Shown here piece by piece: positions 1 to 13,179 of a DNA stretch of 64,000 bases. Made by a program: the position numbers and the translations under genes. The number at the start of each line of letters is the position of its first letter. The first letter of the stretch is position 1. The notes below the pieces were generated by a model. The model was not told the DNA's origin. It ran no database searches and was given only the letters and a program-made list of their open reading frames with translations. The DNA is taken from contig NC_082720.1 in the NCBI RefSeq assembly GCF_030144855.1, positions 71,734,001-71,798,000 of the forward strand, read 5' to 3'. Origin of the DNA: Hypanus sabinus. Its lineage: Eukaryota.

Positions 1-2890
1 TAAAAATTTTTATTCTCGGCTTTATTCCTCTGAATCTCTGAATGACAATATCTCTGTTGATCAATTTTTACAGAATCTGAATATCCCCTCACTTTCATCT
101 GATTTCAAAGCCAAACTCAATGCGCCTATGTCATTAGAAGAAATATCTACTGCAATTTCTGCACGGTCCTCAGGGAAATCTCCTGGACCTGATGGGTTCC
201 CTGTAGAATTTTATAAATCATTCTCTTCTCTTCTTTCTCCTCAGTTACTTTCAGTATTATCTGACTCGTTTAATTACGGCAAATTGCCACCCTCTTTCAG
301 TGAGGCATCTATTATTCTTCTTTTAAAAAAGGGCAAAGACCCAACAAAGTGTTCCTCGTATAGGCCGATCTCTCTGCTCAATGTTGATGTAAAGATCTTA
401 GCTAAAGTTTTGGCTCATAGATTAGAAACCGTCATTCCCTCTATTATCTCTGATGACCAAACGGGCTTTATTAAAAACCGTCTCCCTTTTTTTAACATTC
501 GGCGTTTATTTAATATCTTATACTCACCTCCAACAGGGATTCCTGAATGTGTTATTTCCCTCGATGCGGAGAAAGCATTTGATCGTATAGAGTGGAACTA
601 CCTTTTTGTGGTTTTAGAAAAATTTGACCTTGGCCAAAGTTACATCTCTTGGATCCAATTGCTGCACCTGTGTCCTACTGCCTCTGTTTTAACCAATTTT
701 CAGAAATCTCAAACGTGGCACCCGCCAGGGATGTCCCTTAAGTCCCTTTCTCTTTGATTTGGCTATGGAACCTTTGGCCTGAATTGACTGGGATTTGGAG
801 AGGGGGTGTTGAGTATAAAGTTTCTCTCTATGCTGATGACTTATTACTCTTTCTCTCAAATCCGTCTACATCCTTACCTCTAATGTTTTCTCTTCTTGAC
901 CAGTTTAGCCAGATCTCTGGCTATAAACTTAATTTACATAAGAGTGAACTTCTCCCAATTAATAAAGAAGCACAAGAACTAACATTTCATGATCTCCCTT
1001 TTAAAGTAGTCCATAATCAATTTACTTATCTTGGAATTACAGTCACAAGGAAGTTTAAAGATCTCTTTCGTGAAAACTTTGCCAATCTTTCATATGCTAT
1101 AAAACAGAGTCTGGTACAATGGTCACCTCTATCTATGTCTTTGGTAGGTCGTATTAATGTTGTTAAAATGTATGTTCTCCCCAAATTTTTATACCTATTT
1201 CAATCTATCCCAATTTTTATTCCTAAATCTTTTTTTGATTCCTTAGACTCTATTATTTTGTCATATCTGTGGCAGAATAAGCGCTCTAGAATTAATAAAA
1301 TCCATCTCCAAAAATCTAAAAAAGAGGGTGGCATGGCTTTACCTAACTTTCCTTTATATTATTGGGCAGCTAATATGCGTTGTGCTACCTTCTGGTCTTT
1401 CTTCCATGGCCAACCCGAGTGCCCTAACTGGGTGGTGATGGAGCTGAGCTCCACTAAAGAATTATCTATCTCTGCACTTCTTGGCTCTGCACTCCCTAGT
1501 AGTCTGCCCAGATCAATAGCTAATCCTCTTGTTAGACACACTTTGCGTATATGGGCTCAGATCAGGAAATGCTATGGTTTCCAGGGGTTTTCCGTTTCCA
1601 GCCCTGTTGCTCATAATCACCTTTTTTTACCTACTACATACGATTCAGCATTCCAGGTTTGGTATAGGAAGGGCATTAGACATTTTGAAGATCTTTTCAT
1701 TGATAATCGCTTCGCTTCTTTTCAGCAGCTCTCTGTTAAGTTCAATCTGCCCAATGCTCATTTTTTCAGATATCTCCAAATCCGACACTTTATTGCTCCT
1801 TTAATTCCTAACTTTCCTGAAATGCCTGCGAAAAATGCTATGGACCTATTTCTTTCTATTAATCCACTAGGTAAAGGCTTAATATCAATCATCCGAGATA
1901 AACTATCAGCCTTACGATGGGCCCCCATGGATAAAATCAAAATGGCCTGGGTGCAGGATTTAAATTTCTCCTTATCTGAAGAGAGCTGGGATTCAGTTCT
2001 CAAATCGGTTAACTCAACCTCTCTTTGTGCTCGCCACTGCCTTTTACAGTTTAAGATTGTTCATAGAGCCCATATGTCTAAATATAAACTATCTCGATTC
2101 TACCCTAGCGTTAGTCCGCTCAGTGATAAATGCAAGAGGGGCGTGGCCGCTCTCATCCATATGTACTGGTTCTGTCCTAGCTTGGAGAAATTCTGGAAAG
2201 ATGTCTTCACTACGTTATCGTGTATTCTGAATCAGCACCTAGACCCAAACCCCTTAATTGCTCTGTTCGGTTTTTGGGGCGAGACAGATTTATGTCTGGG
2301 TCCGACCAAATGCCGAATATTATCCTTTGCCTGTCTCCTGGCTAGACGCTTGATCCTCCTCAGATGGAGAGATGTTGCCCCGCCCACTCATGCTCAATGG
2401 CTTAACGACATCATGGCCTGTTTGGACCTCGAAAAAATTCATTATTCAGTTCTCAATTCGGATCTAAAGTTCTATAAGGTCTGGGGACCTTTTATCGAGT
2501 ACTTTCATAACCTTCCTCTTGACTAGGGTTTTTTTTCTTTTCGGTCCCTTGCTTTCAGCTCCTTTTTTTTCTGGTAAAAGGCATTATTATCCTCTGTTGC
2601 TGAGTGTATTCACAGTCTGGGAGTTTGGCTGTCCTGACTTATACTCTCTATATTGTGTTGTGGTTGGTCTGGAGTTGCTGTTGTTTTTTCTTGTGTTGTG
2701 GGGCTTGGGGAGGACACTAAGCTTACTTGTCTTTAATTTAGGTGCTTTTTTTTTGCTAAATTCTCTTCCTTTGTAGCATATTGTTATTGTATGCTTAATT
2801 TTGCACTGTTTTAATGTTCCTCATTGGGATTTGGGGTTTTTAATTTGTAAAATGTTTTGAAAAACTAAGAAAAAAAAATATTTTAAAAAA
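1..2890 (+). mobile_element. L1-clade LINE, 3' part (ORF2 RT and C-terminus, 3'UTR, A-rich tail); ORF2 frameshifted
   Basis: RT motifs GKSPGPDG, YRPISLLNVDVKIL, LDAEKAFDR, (shifted frame) RGTRQGCPLSP, YADD, YLGI. The C-terminal Cys/His knuckle reads (S)DKC..HMYWFC. Stop at 2526, then a T-rich 3'UTR and an A-tail at about 2860-2890. Small deletions near 710 and 780 break the frame. Confidence 0.95.
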
Positions 2891-3047
2891 GAATTTAATC
2901 CTGGCAACATGGAGACAAAATTGAAAAGAAGGAAAGTGAATAAGGAGTGAAAGTTTTATACTTAACTACATAACATATACAATGAGATAAGATAGATGAG
3001 CTTATAGCACAGTTAGAAATGTGAGCATCACAGAGTTGGGTTTGAAC

Positions 3048-3911
3048 TGTTAGGAAGGTGGAGCAACTTTGAGGGGCTGAAGGGTCTGAAGTCGCCCCCT
3101 CCTTTTTGAGAATCGCAAGATCGCTATTATTTCGGATCTGAGACCCAGGAAATGAGAGAGACATGCAGAATACACAACCAGGTGGAATGTCTCCTGACAT
3201 AAGCGGAATGGAACCACTGATTACTGCCATCGTCTCTTGGAGAAGGAATTGTGTATTGAGTACAGTACTATTCATTGAAACCCCTCAGGGGACAACCAGA
3301 GTGGTCTGGTTGAGGGATTGTATCATCCCAACCTGATTGACATCTGAGACCCCATGAGTAAGGATAAAAGAGGGGTCTGGGGAACACCCCTTTAGATGCA
3401 CCAGGAGAAATGCTAGCAATCCCGTGACAGCATTTTATAGTGAAAGCCGGTGGGAGCTCATGTGCGTCGGGCTCACCACGGAAGAACGGTTTAGCTAAAG
3501 GAGAGGTCACAATTGAACGGCCACGACAACGAGACACCTGACGGATTGAAATCATAAAGGAAGGTTGGCAAAACCCATAGCAGTATATGTTCCCATTCTC
3601 TTTCTCTCTCTCTCTAACAATTGCAACACAGCGACAACCAAAAGACGGCAGCTTGTGTGAACTGCAGTGAACTTTATATTTCCATCGGACAATACATTAT
3701 CCCCTAGACAATGATAGAGCTTATTTCTTATTGATTATTATTATACCCGCACTTTTAGGTTTAGTATTGACAACGTATATTATCTGTATATTTGCATTGA
3801 TATTATTTTTGTGTATTTTTACTAATAAATACTGTTAAAAATAGTATCATCAGACTTCAATGGACGTCTCTATCTTTGCTGGTAAGACACCCAGTTACGG
3901 GGTTCGTAACA
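3048..3911 (+). repeat. 5' LTR of Gypsy retrotransposon
   Basis: TGTTAGGAA...TTCGTAACA termini (TG..CA, 8/9 inverted repeat), with AATAAA near 3824 and a PBS immediately after. The left boundary is less certain than the right. Confidence 0.7.
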
Positions 3912-3914
3912 ACT

Positions 3915-3932
3915 TGGGGGCTCGTCTGGGCT
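3915..3932 (+). promoter_or_regulatory. Primer binding site, tRNA-Pro
   Basis: TGGGGGCTCGTCTGGGCT matches canonical PBS-Pro TGGGGGCTCGTCCGGGAT at 16/18 and lies 3 nt after the LTR CA end. Confidence 0.9.
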
Positions 3933-4022
3933 TTGATATCAAATTGGAGGGCCAGTAAATTGGGCTTTTAAGTCCAAACTTGGATCTGGTTGTGTGGGTA
4001 ACCAGACGGGAAACCAGCAAAG

Positions 4023-5787
4023 ATGGACGTAGATGAATTTATAAAAAAACCAACTACGGAGGCGCTAGAGGCTGCCACAAAGTCGGACTTGATAAATATT
4101 GTGAAAGGACTAAATCCCGCAGAGGTGAGGTTGTCAATGAAAAAGCGGGAGGTGCGGAGGGCCATAACTCAGTATTATAATGTGAAGAATGTGTTTTCGG
4201 CTGGGGTATTGGAAAATATCCCTGAAAAAGTACCAACTAGTGGGACGGCTCAATTAGAGTTGGAAAAATTAAGGTTGGAGCATGAAATTAAGTTAAAACA
4301 GCTGGAAGCAGCTGAAAAGGAGAAGGAAAGAGCTGAAAAGGAGAAGGAAAGAGTTGAAAAGGAGAGGGAGTATGAGGAGAAGGAGAAACAGAGAAAACAT
4401 GAGCTGGACATGGAGAAGTTCAGGCAAGAGCAAAGAGCTCAAGGGCCAGACCGAGAGGAGAGATTTAACGTTAGTAGGGAGTTTAGGTTAGTACCTCCGT
4501 TTGAGGAGACAGATGTTGATAGTTATTTCTTGCATTTTGAAAAGGTGGCAGTGAGTCAGAAGTGGCCCAGAGATCAGTGAGTGGTGTTGTTACAAAGTGT
4601 TAAAAGGGAAGGCACAACGGGCGTATGTGGCGTTGTCTATGGAGGAGGAGGAGTCTGAGAATGATGAGGAAGTAAAAGAGGCCATTCTTTGGGCCTACGA
4701 ATTGATACCTGAGGCCTATAGACAAAAGTTCAGAAATTTAAAGAAAGTGTGGAATCAGACGTATGCAGAGTTTGCCTATGAGAGGGGTGTACTCTTGGAT
4801 TGTTGTTGTGCAGCAGAAATGGTGTAAGAGGATTTTCGGCATTTAAGGGAGTTAATTCTGATTGAGGAATTTAAAGGTTGTGTTTCGGATGATATCCAGA
4901 TGTATTTGAATGAGAAGCCAAATATGTCCATATCAGAATTTGCCAGGTTCGCAGATGAATATGCCCTAACCCACAAGACAAAGTTTTCCTCGAATAAGAG
5001 TTACCAGAAAGACCATAGGGATGGTAGAGAAAGCCCGCCAGCTGAGGCAGAAATTCAGCCGGGAGCTAGTTGTAAAAATAAGAAGAAAGGCAGGCTGGCA
5101 GGAGGGTTCCTGGCTTGACCTGTGTTAATTGTGGAAAGGTGGGTCATATTGCATCTAAGTGCTTTGCTCCGAGGAAGGAGACAGGAAAAGGGAACGCAGC
5201 AGTCCCTACAGGGTGTATTGTGTCGATCAGCAAATCGACGAGAAAGCCCCAGGTAGATAAAATACGAGAGGGGCGTGAGAAATTTATTTCAGAAGGGACC
5301 GTGTCTGTGAAAGAGGGAGAAACACCAGTTCCAGTGCGGATCTGGAGAGATACTGGAGCTGAGCAGTCATTGATTCTCAGTAAGGTACTAGATTTTGGTC
5401 CTGAGACTGGAGAGGAAGCTTTGAGAGGCATAGGAAAAGGGACAGAAGCTGTGCCTTTGCATAGGATCATTATAAATTGTATCAGGACCAGTTGAAATAG
5501 GGGTGTGATCAGAATTTCCGAGAACTGATGTAGACATCCTTCTGGGAAACGATTTAGCTGGTGGTGAAGTTTGGTCGGCCATGGAGCTGACGAGCCAGCC
5601 TGGAAGTGTTGAGGACCCGCCCCTAGATTCCAAGATCTATCTGCAATCACTTGCAGCATGTCGAGAAAGGCAGCTGAGAAAGATACCAGTTTAAATCAGG
5701 CCAGTATCGATTTGGCTGAGACTTTTTTACCGACCCTGTACCAAGAGGGGTTAGAGGGTGGTAAAATGGAGAATAGGGAGGTGAAAG
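4023..5787 (+). pseudogene. Degenerate gag-protease of Gmr1-like Ty3/Gypsy element (coiled coil, SCAN-like capsid, CCHC knuckle, aspartic protease); 3'-truncated
   Basis: Motifs VPPFEETDVDSYFLHFEK..KWP, YELIPEAYRQKFR, ELILIEEFK, CVNCGKVGHIASKC, RDTGAEQS, DILLGNDL. Several stops and frameshifts; no integrase or RT follows. Confidence 0.88.
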
Positions 5788-6330
5788 ACCTCACTATCAA
5801 TAGTAACATGGAGCAGTGCAGACTTAGTTTTCCTAAAGTCTAACACCATCTACTTTGTCATACTGATGTTGAGCTGCAGATGATACAGCATTCACCATTT
5901 GACAAATTCCTCCACCAGGGCCCTGTATTCATCCCCCCACCCTCCTTTTATATACCCAACCATCAGAGAATTTCTGCAGATGACATGACTCAGTGTTGTA
6001 CCTAAAATGCAAGTTATACAGCGTAAGCAGGAACGCAGCCAATACAGTCCCCTGTGCTGTTTATAGCCATGCCTGGCACACAGCTCTGAAGCTGTACAAA
6101 CTGTGGTCTGCCAGTCAGGTAGTCCATTATCCAGGATCCAAAGGACGTGGCAACCTGCATTGAACGGAGCTTTCCCCAGCAGTGAGGGCTGTTTGGTATT
6201 GAAGGCACTTGAGAAATCAAAAAACGTCATCCTCACAGTGCTGCCCTGCTTATTCATATAGGAGTAGGCTGTGTTCAGCAGGTAGATGACAGCATTTTTG
6301 ACTCCAACATGCTCCTGGTACGAGAACATT
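5788..6330 (-). mobile_element. Rex1/Babar-type LINE RT fragment
   Basis: AVIYLLN..GSTVRMTFFDFSSAFNT and WIMDYLTGRPQFV are typical Rex-Babar RT motifs. Confidence 0.8.
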
Positions 6331-6334
6331 TGAT

Positions 6335-6755
6335 AGTACTAGGCTTCTACTCAGTGGAATTTAGAAGAATGATGGGGGGGGATCTCCTTGAAATCTACTG
6401 AATATTGAAAGGTCTGGATAGAATGGACATGCAGAGGATATTTTCAATAGTGGGAGAGTAGGTCCAGAGAGCACACCCTCAGAAAGGAAGAACATCTCTT
6501 CAGAACAGAGGAGGAATTTATTTAGCTAGAGCGTGGCAAATTTGTGAACTTCATTGCCACAGATGGCTGTAGACTAAGTTATTGGCTATATTTAAAGTGG
6601 AGATTGATGAGTTCTTAATTAGGAAGGACATCAAAGGGTATGGGGAGAACACAGGAAATTGGGGTTGAGAGGGAAAATAGATCATTCATGATTGAATGAT
6701 GGAGCAGACTCAATGGGCCAAATATCCTAGATCCACTTTTTTTGCCTTATGGTCT
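6335..6755 (+). mobile_element. CR1-like (HER1-type) LINE 3' fragment
   Basis: Degenerate match to the CR1 3' ends at 39164 and 57000 (LGLYS.EFRRMRGDL..., GIKGYG). Confidence 0.75.
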
Positions 6756-8099
6756 CACGTTGTAGCTGCACCTTTCAGTGAGGAACATAAAGTCAGACCT
6801 AATGCACAGCTTGCTCAGACCTAATTGTCTTCAACAGTTTCATCAATTACCTCGCTTCCAGCTGAAATGGTCTGAAATAGGGATGTGCACCAATGATTGC
6901 AGTGTTCATTTTCATTCACAAATATTTAACAAATGAAATAGTATGTTCCAATAGGCAGCAAGACCTGGACAATATCGTCATGTTATGTTACAATTTAAAT
7001 AAATGATTTTCCACAAATTTCTCACACAATGGCCACCTCCAACAAGGCAGAATCTAACCACCAATTCTTGGTATTCAGTTACTTTATTTTCACCACATCC
7101 CTGTCATCAGCATCCTGAGTGGGGTCATCTTTGACCAGAAGCAGGACTGAAACAGTCACCTTAAACCAGTAACTACAAAAACAGGTCAGAGGCTGGATAT
7201 ACTGTGGCAAACGTCTAATCTCCTGGCACAGCCTTTCTACAATCTAGAAATTTGGACTGTGATGTAATATTCTTGGAAGAGTGCAGTCCCAACACTTAAG
7301 ATACTTTGCACCTTCAGCCAGGACAAACAGCCTGTTTATTTAGTAACCAACACCCTGGATATTCTTTCCCACTACCATCAGTACACAATGCATATCATCT
7401 ACAATATGTATTGCAGTTACTCAAATATTTCAACAACACTTGGCTAAGGATAAGGCAGCTGATGGAAGTTCCCTTTTGTTGTACATTACTGGGTCTAAAT
7501 TTTAGAACATCCTAACCAGCAACAACCTTTTGCTGGAGACATAAGAGATTGCAAATGCTGGGACCTGGAGAGAAAAACAACTGCTGAAAGATGTCAGGAA
7601 GTTAAACAGGAATTGTGAAGGGAAATGGACATTCAACAGGACTGTTAACCTTCACCTGCTTAACTGCAATGTTTCGATAAGGTTTATTGTGAAAAATGAA
7701 TGCAATGGCCAAATGGCCTGTCCCAACCAAAATAGTACCTTATCCTTCTAAATCATGGAGACACAAGAGACTTTTAAAGATGCTGCCAAATCAGGAGCAA
7801 CGCACAGAGGAGCTAAATGAACTCCGCCAGTCAGCAGATTCTACACTGGAAAATGGGCAGTCAACATTTTGAGCCGAGACCCTGCATATGGGCTAGTATA
7901 TATCTGGGTCAACGTCCATTTCTCTCCATAGATACTGCCTGACTGACTTGAGTTCCTCAAGTACCCTTGTGTGTTCCTCCTAAACTTTCCTACCCAAACG
8001 CCTGCCTTTCAAGGGTTATCGTCTCTGCAATGTTATTTTTTTTAGAATAAGGCTAATCTTGCCAACTGTACACAAGGAGTTTTGTAGTTTACATCAGCA

Positions 8100-8830
8100 A
8101 TATCGAAAAAAATGCTCTTCATGACACCGCTTCGGATGAAACGCATGCGCAGTGGGTTCAGCTCCGGGAGTCCAGAGTCCTCCAGTCGTGTCTCCACGTG
8201 CTTAAAACGACAACGGCGATAGGCTAACTACTACCAAAGGCAAATTGACGCCGCGATCGGATTGGCGAATTGCAACGTAGCAACGGCGCCATTTTGTTTT
8301 TTGGGAGCCGAGAGGTACGGAACTGGAATGCAAAACCTTTGACAAAAAGGCCCGGTAAGGCGAATTAGAAAGGCGGACATACGAAGTGCCCGCTGTCGTG
8401 GGTATAAATGGTGGTCAGGCGGGGGGGGCGGTGAATTTGCTGGGATTTCCCCCCCACCCTTCCACACCTCGGTATGGGCAGCGTTGGCAGAGACACAGGA
8501 CAATAAGGCGGGCTCTCATTGGCCACCGGGCTGTGCGTTTGTCAGTAAGTGAGCAGCAGAGAGACCGAAGTGGCGGTAGCGGGAAGGGGAAAGGAGAGAG
8601 GTGGTTGCTGCTTAGCCCTCTTCGATCGGCAGGCTGATCAGGGAGCACGGAGCAGATAGATAAACCCCTGGGGAAATTGACTAATACAGTCTCTGGACCC
8701 GAAACGACGACCTTCTCGCCCCCGTAGATGTTGCCTGTCCCACAGAGTTCATCCAGCAAATTGATATTTGCTTTAAATTCCGGCATCTGCACGCTCCGGG
8801 AGAGGAGGGACCATAGGAACGTCAGCAAGC
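8100..8830 (+). promoter_or_regulatory. HMGXB3: CpG island / HMGXB3 promoter with candidate non-coding exon 1
   Basis: This is the only CpG-dense non-repeat stretch I saw. Motifs: NRF1-like ACGCATGCGCA 8141-8151, ATTGG 8261 and 8518, YY1 CGCCATTTT 8287-8295, TATAAA 8404, GC box about 8418-8431. Candidate splice donors are GAG|gtacgg (8315) and TCA|gtaagt (8545). Confidence 0.75.
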
Positions 8831-9149
8831 AAAAGTAGGGGGAGGGAGTTCAGTATCTTGTGGGGTGGGGGTTATGCTAGATGTATTAACCTAGGTTGAG
8901 AGAGAATTCCCTCAGGGAAACTTCACAAGTTGGACTGATGAATGACAACGCTGGAAGAACGCAGCAGATCAGGCAGCATTTGCGGGAATAATTGGGCAGT
9001 CAACGATTCAGGTCAAGGCCCTGCATCTGGATTGCGATGATGAAATTAGCCTTTAGTATTTGAGTATTCATCCTACGAGAAGGAAGAGTAACCACAGTTA
9101 ACTGTGTCTTTTCACCCCTTATCACCACTCTCCTACCCTATTTGAGAGA

Positions 9150-9870
9150 AAATTAGAAACAGATTTATTATCACTGACAAATGTCGTGATGTGTTTGGCA
9201 GTAGTGCTGTTCAAGCCATAACAAATTACTGTTAATTGGAAAATAAGTAGTACTATAGATGAATAATTCATGGACGATTGAGAAATCTGATGGCAGAAGG
9301 AAGAAGTTGTTCTTAAAACATTTGAGTGCAGGTCTGCAGGCTTCTTTACTTCCTTCCTGATGATAGAATGCAAAGAGAGCATGTTCCAGATGGTGAAGGT
9401 TGCCTTCTTGAGGTGCTGCCTCTTGAAGATGTTCTTGATAGTGGGGAGGGTTGTGCCTGTGATGAAACTCACTGGGTCTACAGCCTCTTGTTGTTTTGCC
9501 ATTGGAGTCTCCATAACAGTCGAAATCCTCTGCTGGACATCTGGAGAAATTCGCAAGAGTCTTAAGTAACATACCAAATCTCATCAAACTCTTAATAAAG
9601 TAGAGCTGCTGGTGTGCTGTCTTTGTGATTGTGTTAATATGTTGAGCTCAGGATAGATTCTCTGAGGTGTTGACAGCAAGGAACTTGAAGCTGCTTACCT
9701 TTTTCTACTACTGACCTCTAAAATGAGGACTGGTGTGTGTTTTTCTGACTTTCACTTGCTGAAGTCCACAATCAGTCCTTTGGTCTTGCTGATGTTGAGT
9801 GCAAGGTGGTTTTTGCGAACCTACTCAACCAGTCAATCTATCTCCTGCATGGGTTCTCATCACCATCTGA
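9150..9870 (-). mobile_element. Rex1/Babar-type LINE 3' fragment
   Basis: Degenerate similarity to the Rex 3' copies at 18230-19078 and 60680-61411. Confidence 0.65.
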
Positions 9871-10315
9871 GTCAGGGCGTGAAAGCTTATGGGGAGAAAG
9901 CAGAAGAAGGGAGTTGAAAGGGAAATGGATCAGCCAAAATGAAATGGCAGAGCAGACTGGTTGGGCCAAATAGCCTAATTCTGCTCTTATGATCTTAAAT
10001 GGGCAATCCTTGTTTGAAAACAGACTTCTAGTTCTATTTCAAGATAAAACATCCATTCCATGTCTGCCATGAGATAGTTTGCTAGAAATTGTGTTTCATT
10101 TACATCCACTATCTTCTAAACTACAGAATCCAGCAAAGTAATCTGTGCATATTTCAGCTGCTAGTCATACAAAAGTACAGATAAAACATAAAATATTGAA
10201 AACACTCAGAGACAAGCAATGTCAGTGAGAAGCTGAATCATTTGGTCATTGATTTTATCAGAACTAGAAAATGGAGCTGGAGACCTATCTGATAGTGTGC
10301 AGACCAAAATCATTC

Positions 10316-10630
10316 TATTTATTTATTTATTTATTGATTGATTGATTGATTGATTTAGAGATACAGTGTGGAATAGGCCTTTCTGGGGCTTTGTGCCATG
10401 CCGCCCATCAACCCCCAATTCAACCCTAACCTAATCACAGGACAGTTTACAATGACCTATTAACCTGTGCATTTTTGGGCTGTGGGAGGAAACTGGAGCA
10501 CACGGAGAAAACCCAAACACTCCATGGGAAGGATGTACAAACTCTTTACGGAGGACACCAGGATTGATCTCTGAACTCTAACTCACCAAGCTGTACTAGC
10601 ATTGTGCCAACCATTACACTATCATGGTGA
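10316..10630 (-). mobile_element. V-SINE (HE1-like) with (ATTT)n/(ATTG)n tail
   Basis: V-domain-like tgtgggaggaaactggagcacacggagaaaaccca...tacaaactc, with a microsatellite tail at 10316-10355. Confidence 0.65.
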
Positions 10631-13179
10631 TTATTGTAAATAGCAGTTGGGGATAGAAATGAGAAGGAAACAAATTGGTAACGATTTACAGCCTCATCAG
10701 TGGAATGGTTTAAAAATGGGTGTGTGCCTTAATTTAAATATTGGTCTTGTCCATTTGCAAGAACCTTTGTTGCCAATTCTGTTCGTCATGTTTGTGTTGG
10801 ATATCATTGGAACAAAGTTCAAAGTAAATTTATTATCAAAGTACTCATATCACCACATACAACCCTGGGCAATATATGTGATTGAAGACAGATTATATTG
10901 AGATGGAGAATTAAAGTGATGGGAGGCTGGAGGTTTTACCCTTGCACACTAAACAGAAGTTCTGCAAAGCTGTCAGCCAACCAATCTGACTCTGTGGTTA
11001 GTTTTCATAATGTATACCAAATGCAATACTGTAGATGAGATTGAAAGTACTGTTTCACCTGGCAGGAGTCTTTTATCCAAGGTGGGGAGCATAAAACTAA
11101 AGGGCATGGGTTTAATGTGACAGGGAAGAGACTTAATGGTATTGGTCCATGGCATCAAAGAGGTTGGGAACCCATGATTCAGAAGGATATGGGTCAAGTG
11201 CAGACAAATGGAATTAACTCAGGCCAACCCCTAGATTGGCATGAATAAGTCTGTTTCTGTTCCCTGGGTAGTGGGAAAGAAACTGTTAAAGGAGCAAGCA
11301 TTTTAGCTGGCATGAGAAAGTGCTGTGAGGAAAGGAGTATTAAATCAAGGTCATTTATTGTCATTTTTCAGTACATGAGCATAAAGGAGAATGAAATTAT
11401 TGTTAATCTGATCCAATGCAGCAATAAAAACACTATATTAAAACAATTCTATAAAACAGTGTCCAGGAAAGAAGTTGGAGTTAGGGTGGTACTTTTTAGT
11501 TATATGAAGGTGAGGGAGTAAGCTTGCAAATTTGCAGGACATCGCTGCAACATGAGGAAAGAATGCTTGATATACGTAGCATGACATTTGGGAAAGAAAG
11601 ATGGGTGGTCATCTATTTAATGGAAATTGGATGGTAGCAGGAGCAAAGTGCCATGAAAACATAGAATACAATAGCTATAAAGTATGTACAAACTTATATA
11701 AAACTGTAACCTGATGAGACATAATTTGATAAATGTTGCATAACTGAAGCAGCTCTGGGTTGGGGAAAGCAGCCTTGTTCTGCTTTGCTAGGCTTAGAGT
11801 TACAAGAAGTCTAATTTGCTGAATTACTGTGACATTGACAGTAAACAATTACAGCCTAGAAAGGGCGAAGTACTTCACTTGAAGGTTCTTGGTTCTTAGA
11901 GGAAGTTTAATCCATATTAATTTCCAGGTGAGATTAAGCTGATAGTGAAAGATCTACACCAATCATCTTTATCTTGCGTGCATTGAGGTAGGACCAGTAC
12001 TGAGTTACTTTATCTGAACAGTTAATAAGGTGGTGGCATTGTTTCTTCAGAGCACTTTAGTTGGATGAAATACTGAAGATTTTTGAAAGTCACGTAAAGA
12101 TCTTAAGAGTTTACTCCATATCTCAATAATAATTTCTCTTCATCTAACTCACAATGGTCAGTAATGACAATTTCAATGCAGGGAATGTCTGATCAAAGCA
12201 GCTACGTACTTTGCTCTCTTGCTTGCTGGAGTTCAAGATCAACATGAAGGTACCATGTCAAGCCTATAAATTGTGAAGACAGATAAAGGAGAAACACTTG
12301 AAGTTACTAGAAAATGAGTTTTTTTTTAGCAGAGAATGGGTGGAAGGAAGACCTTTGAGCAACAGCATTTATTTGATGCTGTCCGCATTCTGTGGAAACT
12401 AAGCTACAAAGCATACACTCTTTTCATGGTAATTATGTACAATTAATGGCAGCTGTAAAATAGCCAGGTGATAATTTAATGAATACAGAACTACTGCTCT
12501 GATTTGGGATTTGAAATGATTTCGCAGTATTTCATCTGAATTAGTTATACCGTTTGTACTATCTTTGGTCAGCTAATTTATCTATTGCCTTAAATTCTTA
12601 TCTCTCTCTCTTCAATTAGCCTAAAATGGTTCTAGTTCAAAAAAGTTGACATCATTTCATTGTTCTCATCCCGATGGAGAGATTAAATAATACAATTGTG
12701 GGTCTCTCTACAGTACATTAAAGAATGAAACATGCATTTCCTTCTCAAGTTGTCCAATTTTTAAAAAAATTGTCACTGAACTTAGTTTATAGCCATGTTG
12801 CTGTTCTATAGGTGCTGCCAGAGACAAATTCTCCTAACAATGACCAATTTGTTTGAGGAACACATAGTGCTCAACACTGCAATAGATTACCATGATGTTA
12901 TTCCAGCGGAATACTGTGTGATATTTTAAGTCCACCTAAGAAAATAAGTGTGGCTCAATTTAATGCCACATCTGAAAGGCGACACTTTTGATAATACATA
13001 GCCTGCTTGTAGTCCATTTTTTTGTATTGACCATTGTATTTTGTGCTCATGTTTCTAGAATGTGATTTGTATCCCCTAGTCACTTTCAGGGCAAACAGAA
13101 GGCAGGCAGGGGACATGGGAGTTGAATGTGAAATTACTGATTCCAGAGAACATAGAGGAATGAGAAGGATTACGCAGGT

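Noticed and set aside
8231-8828. ORFs of 83-137 aa over the CpG island
   Set aside because: No recognisable homology; such ORFs are expected in GC-rich promoter DNA.
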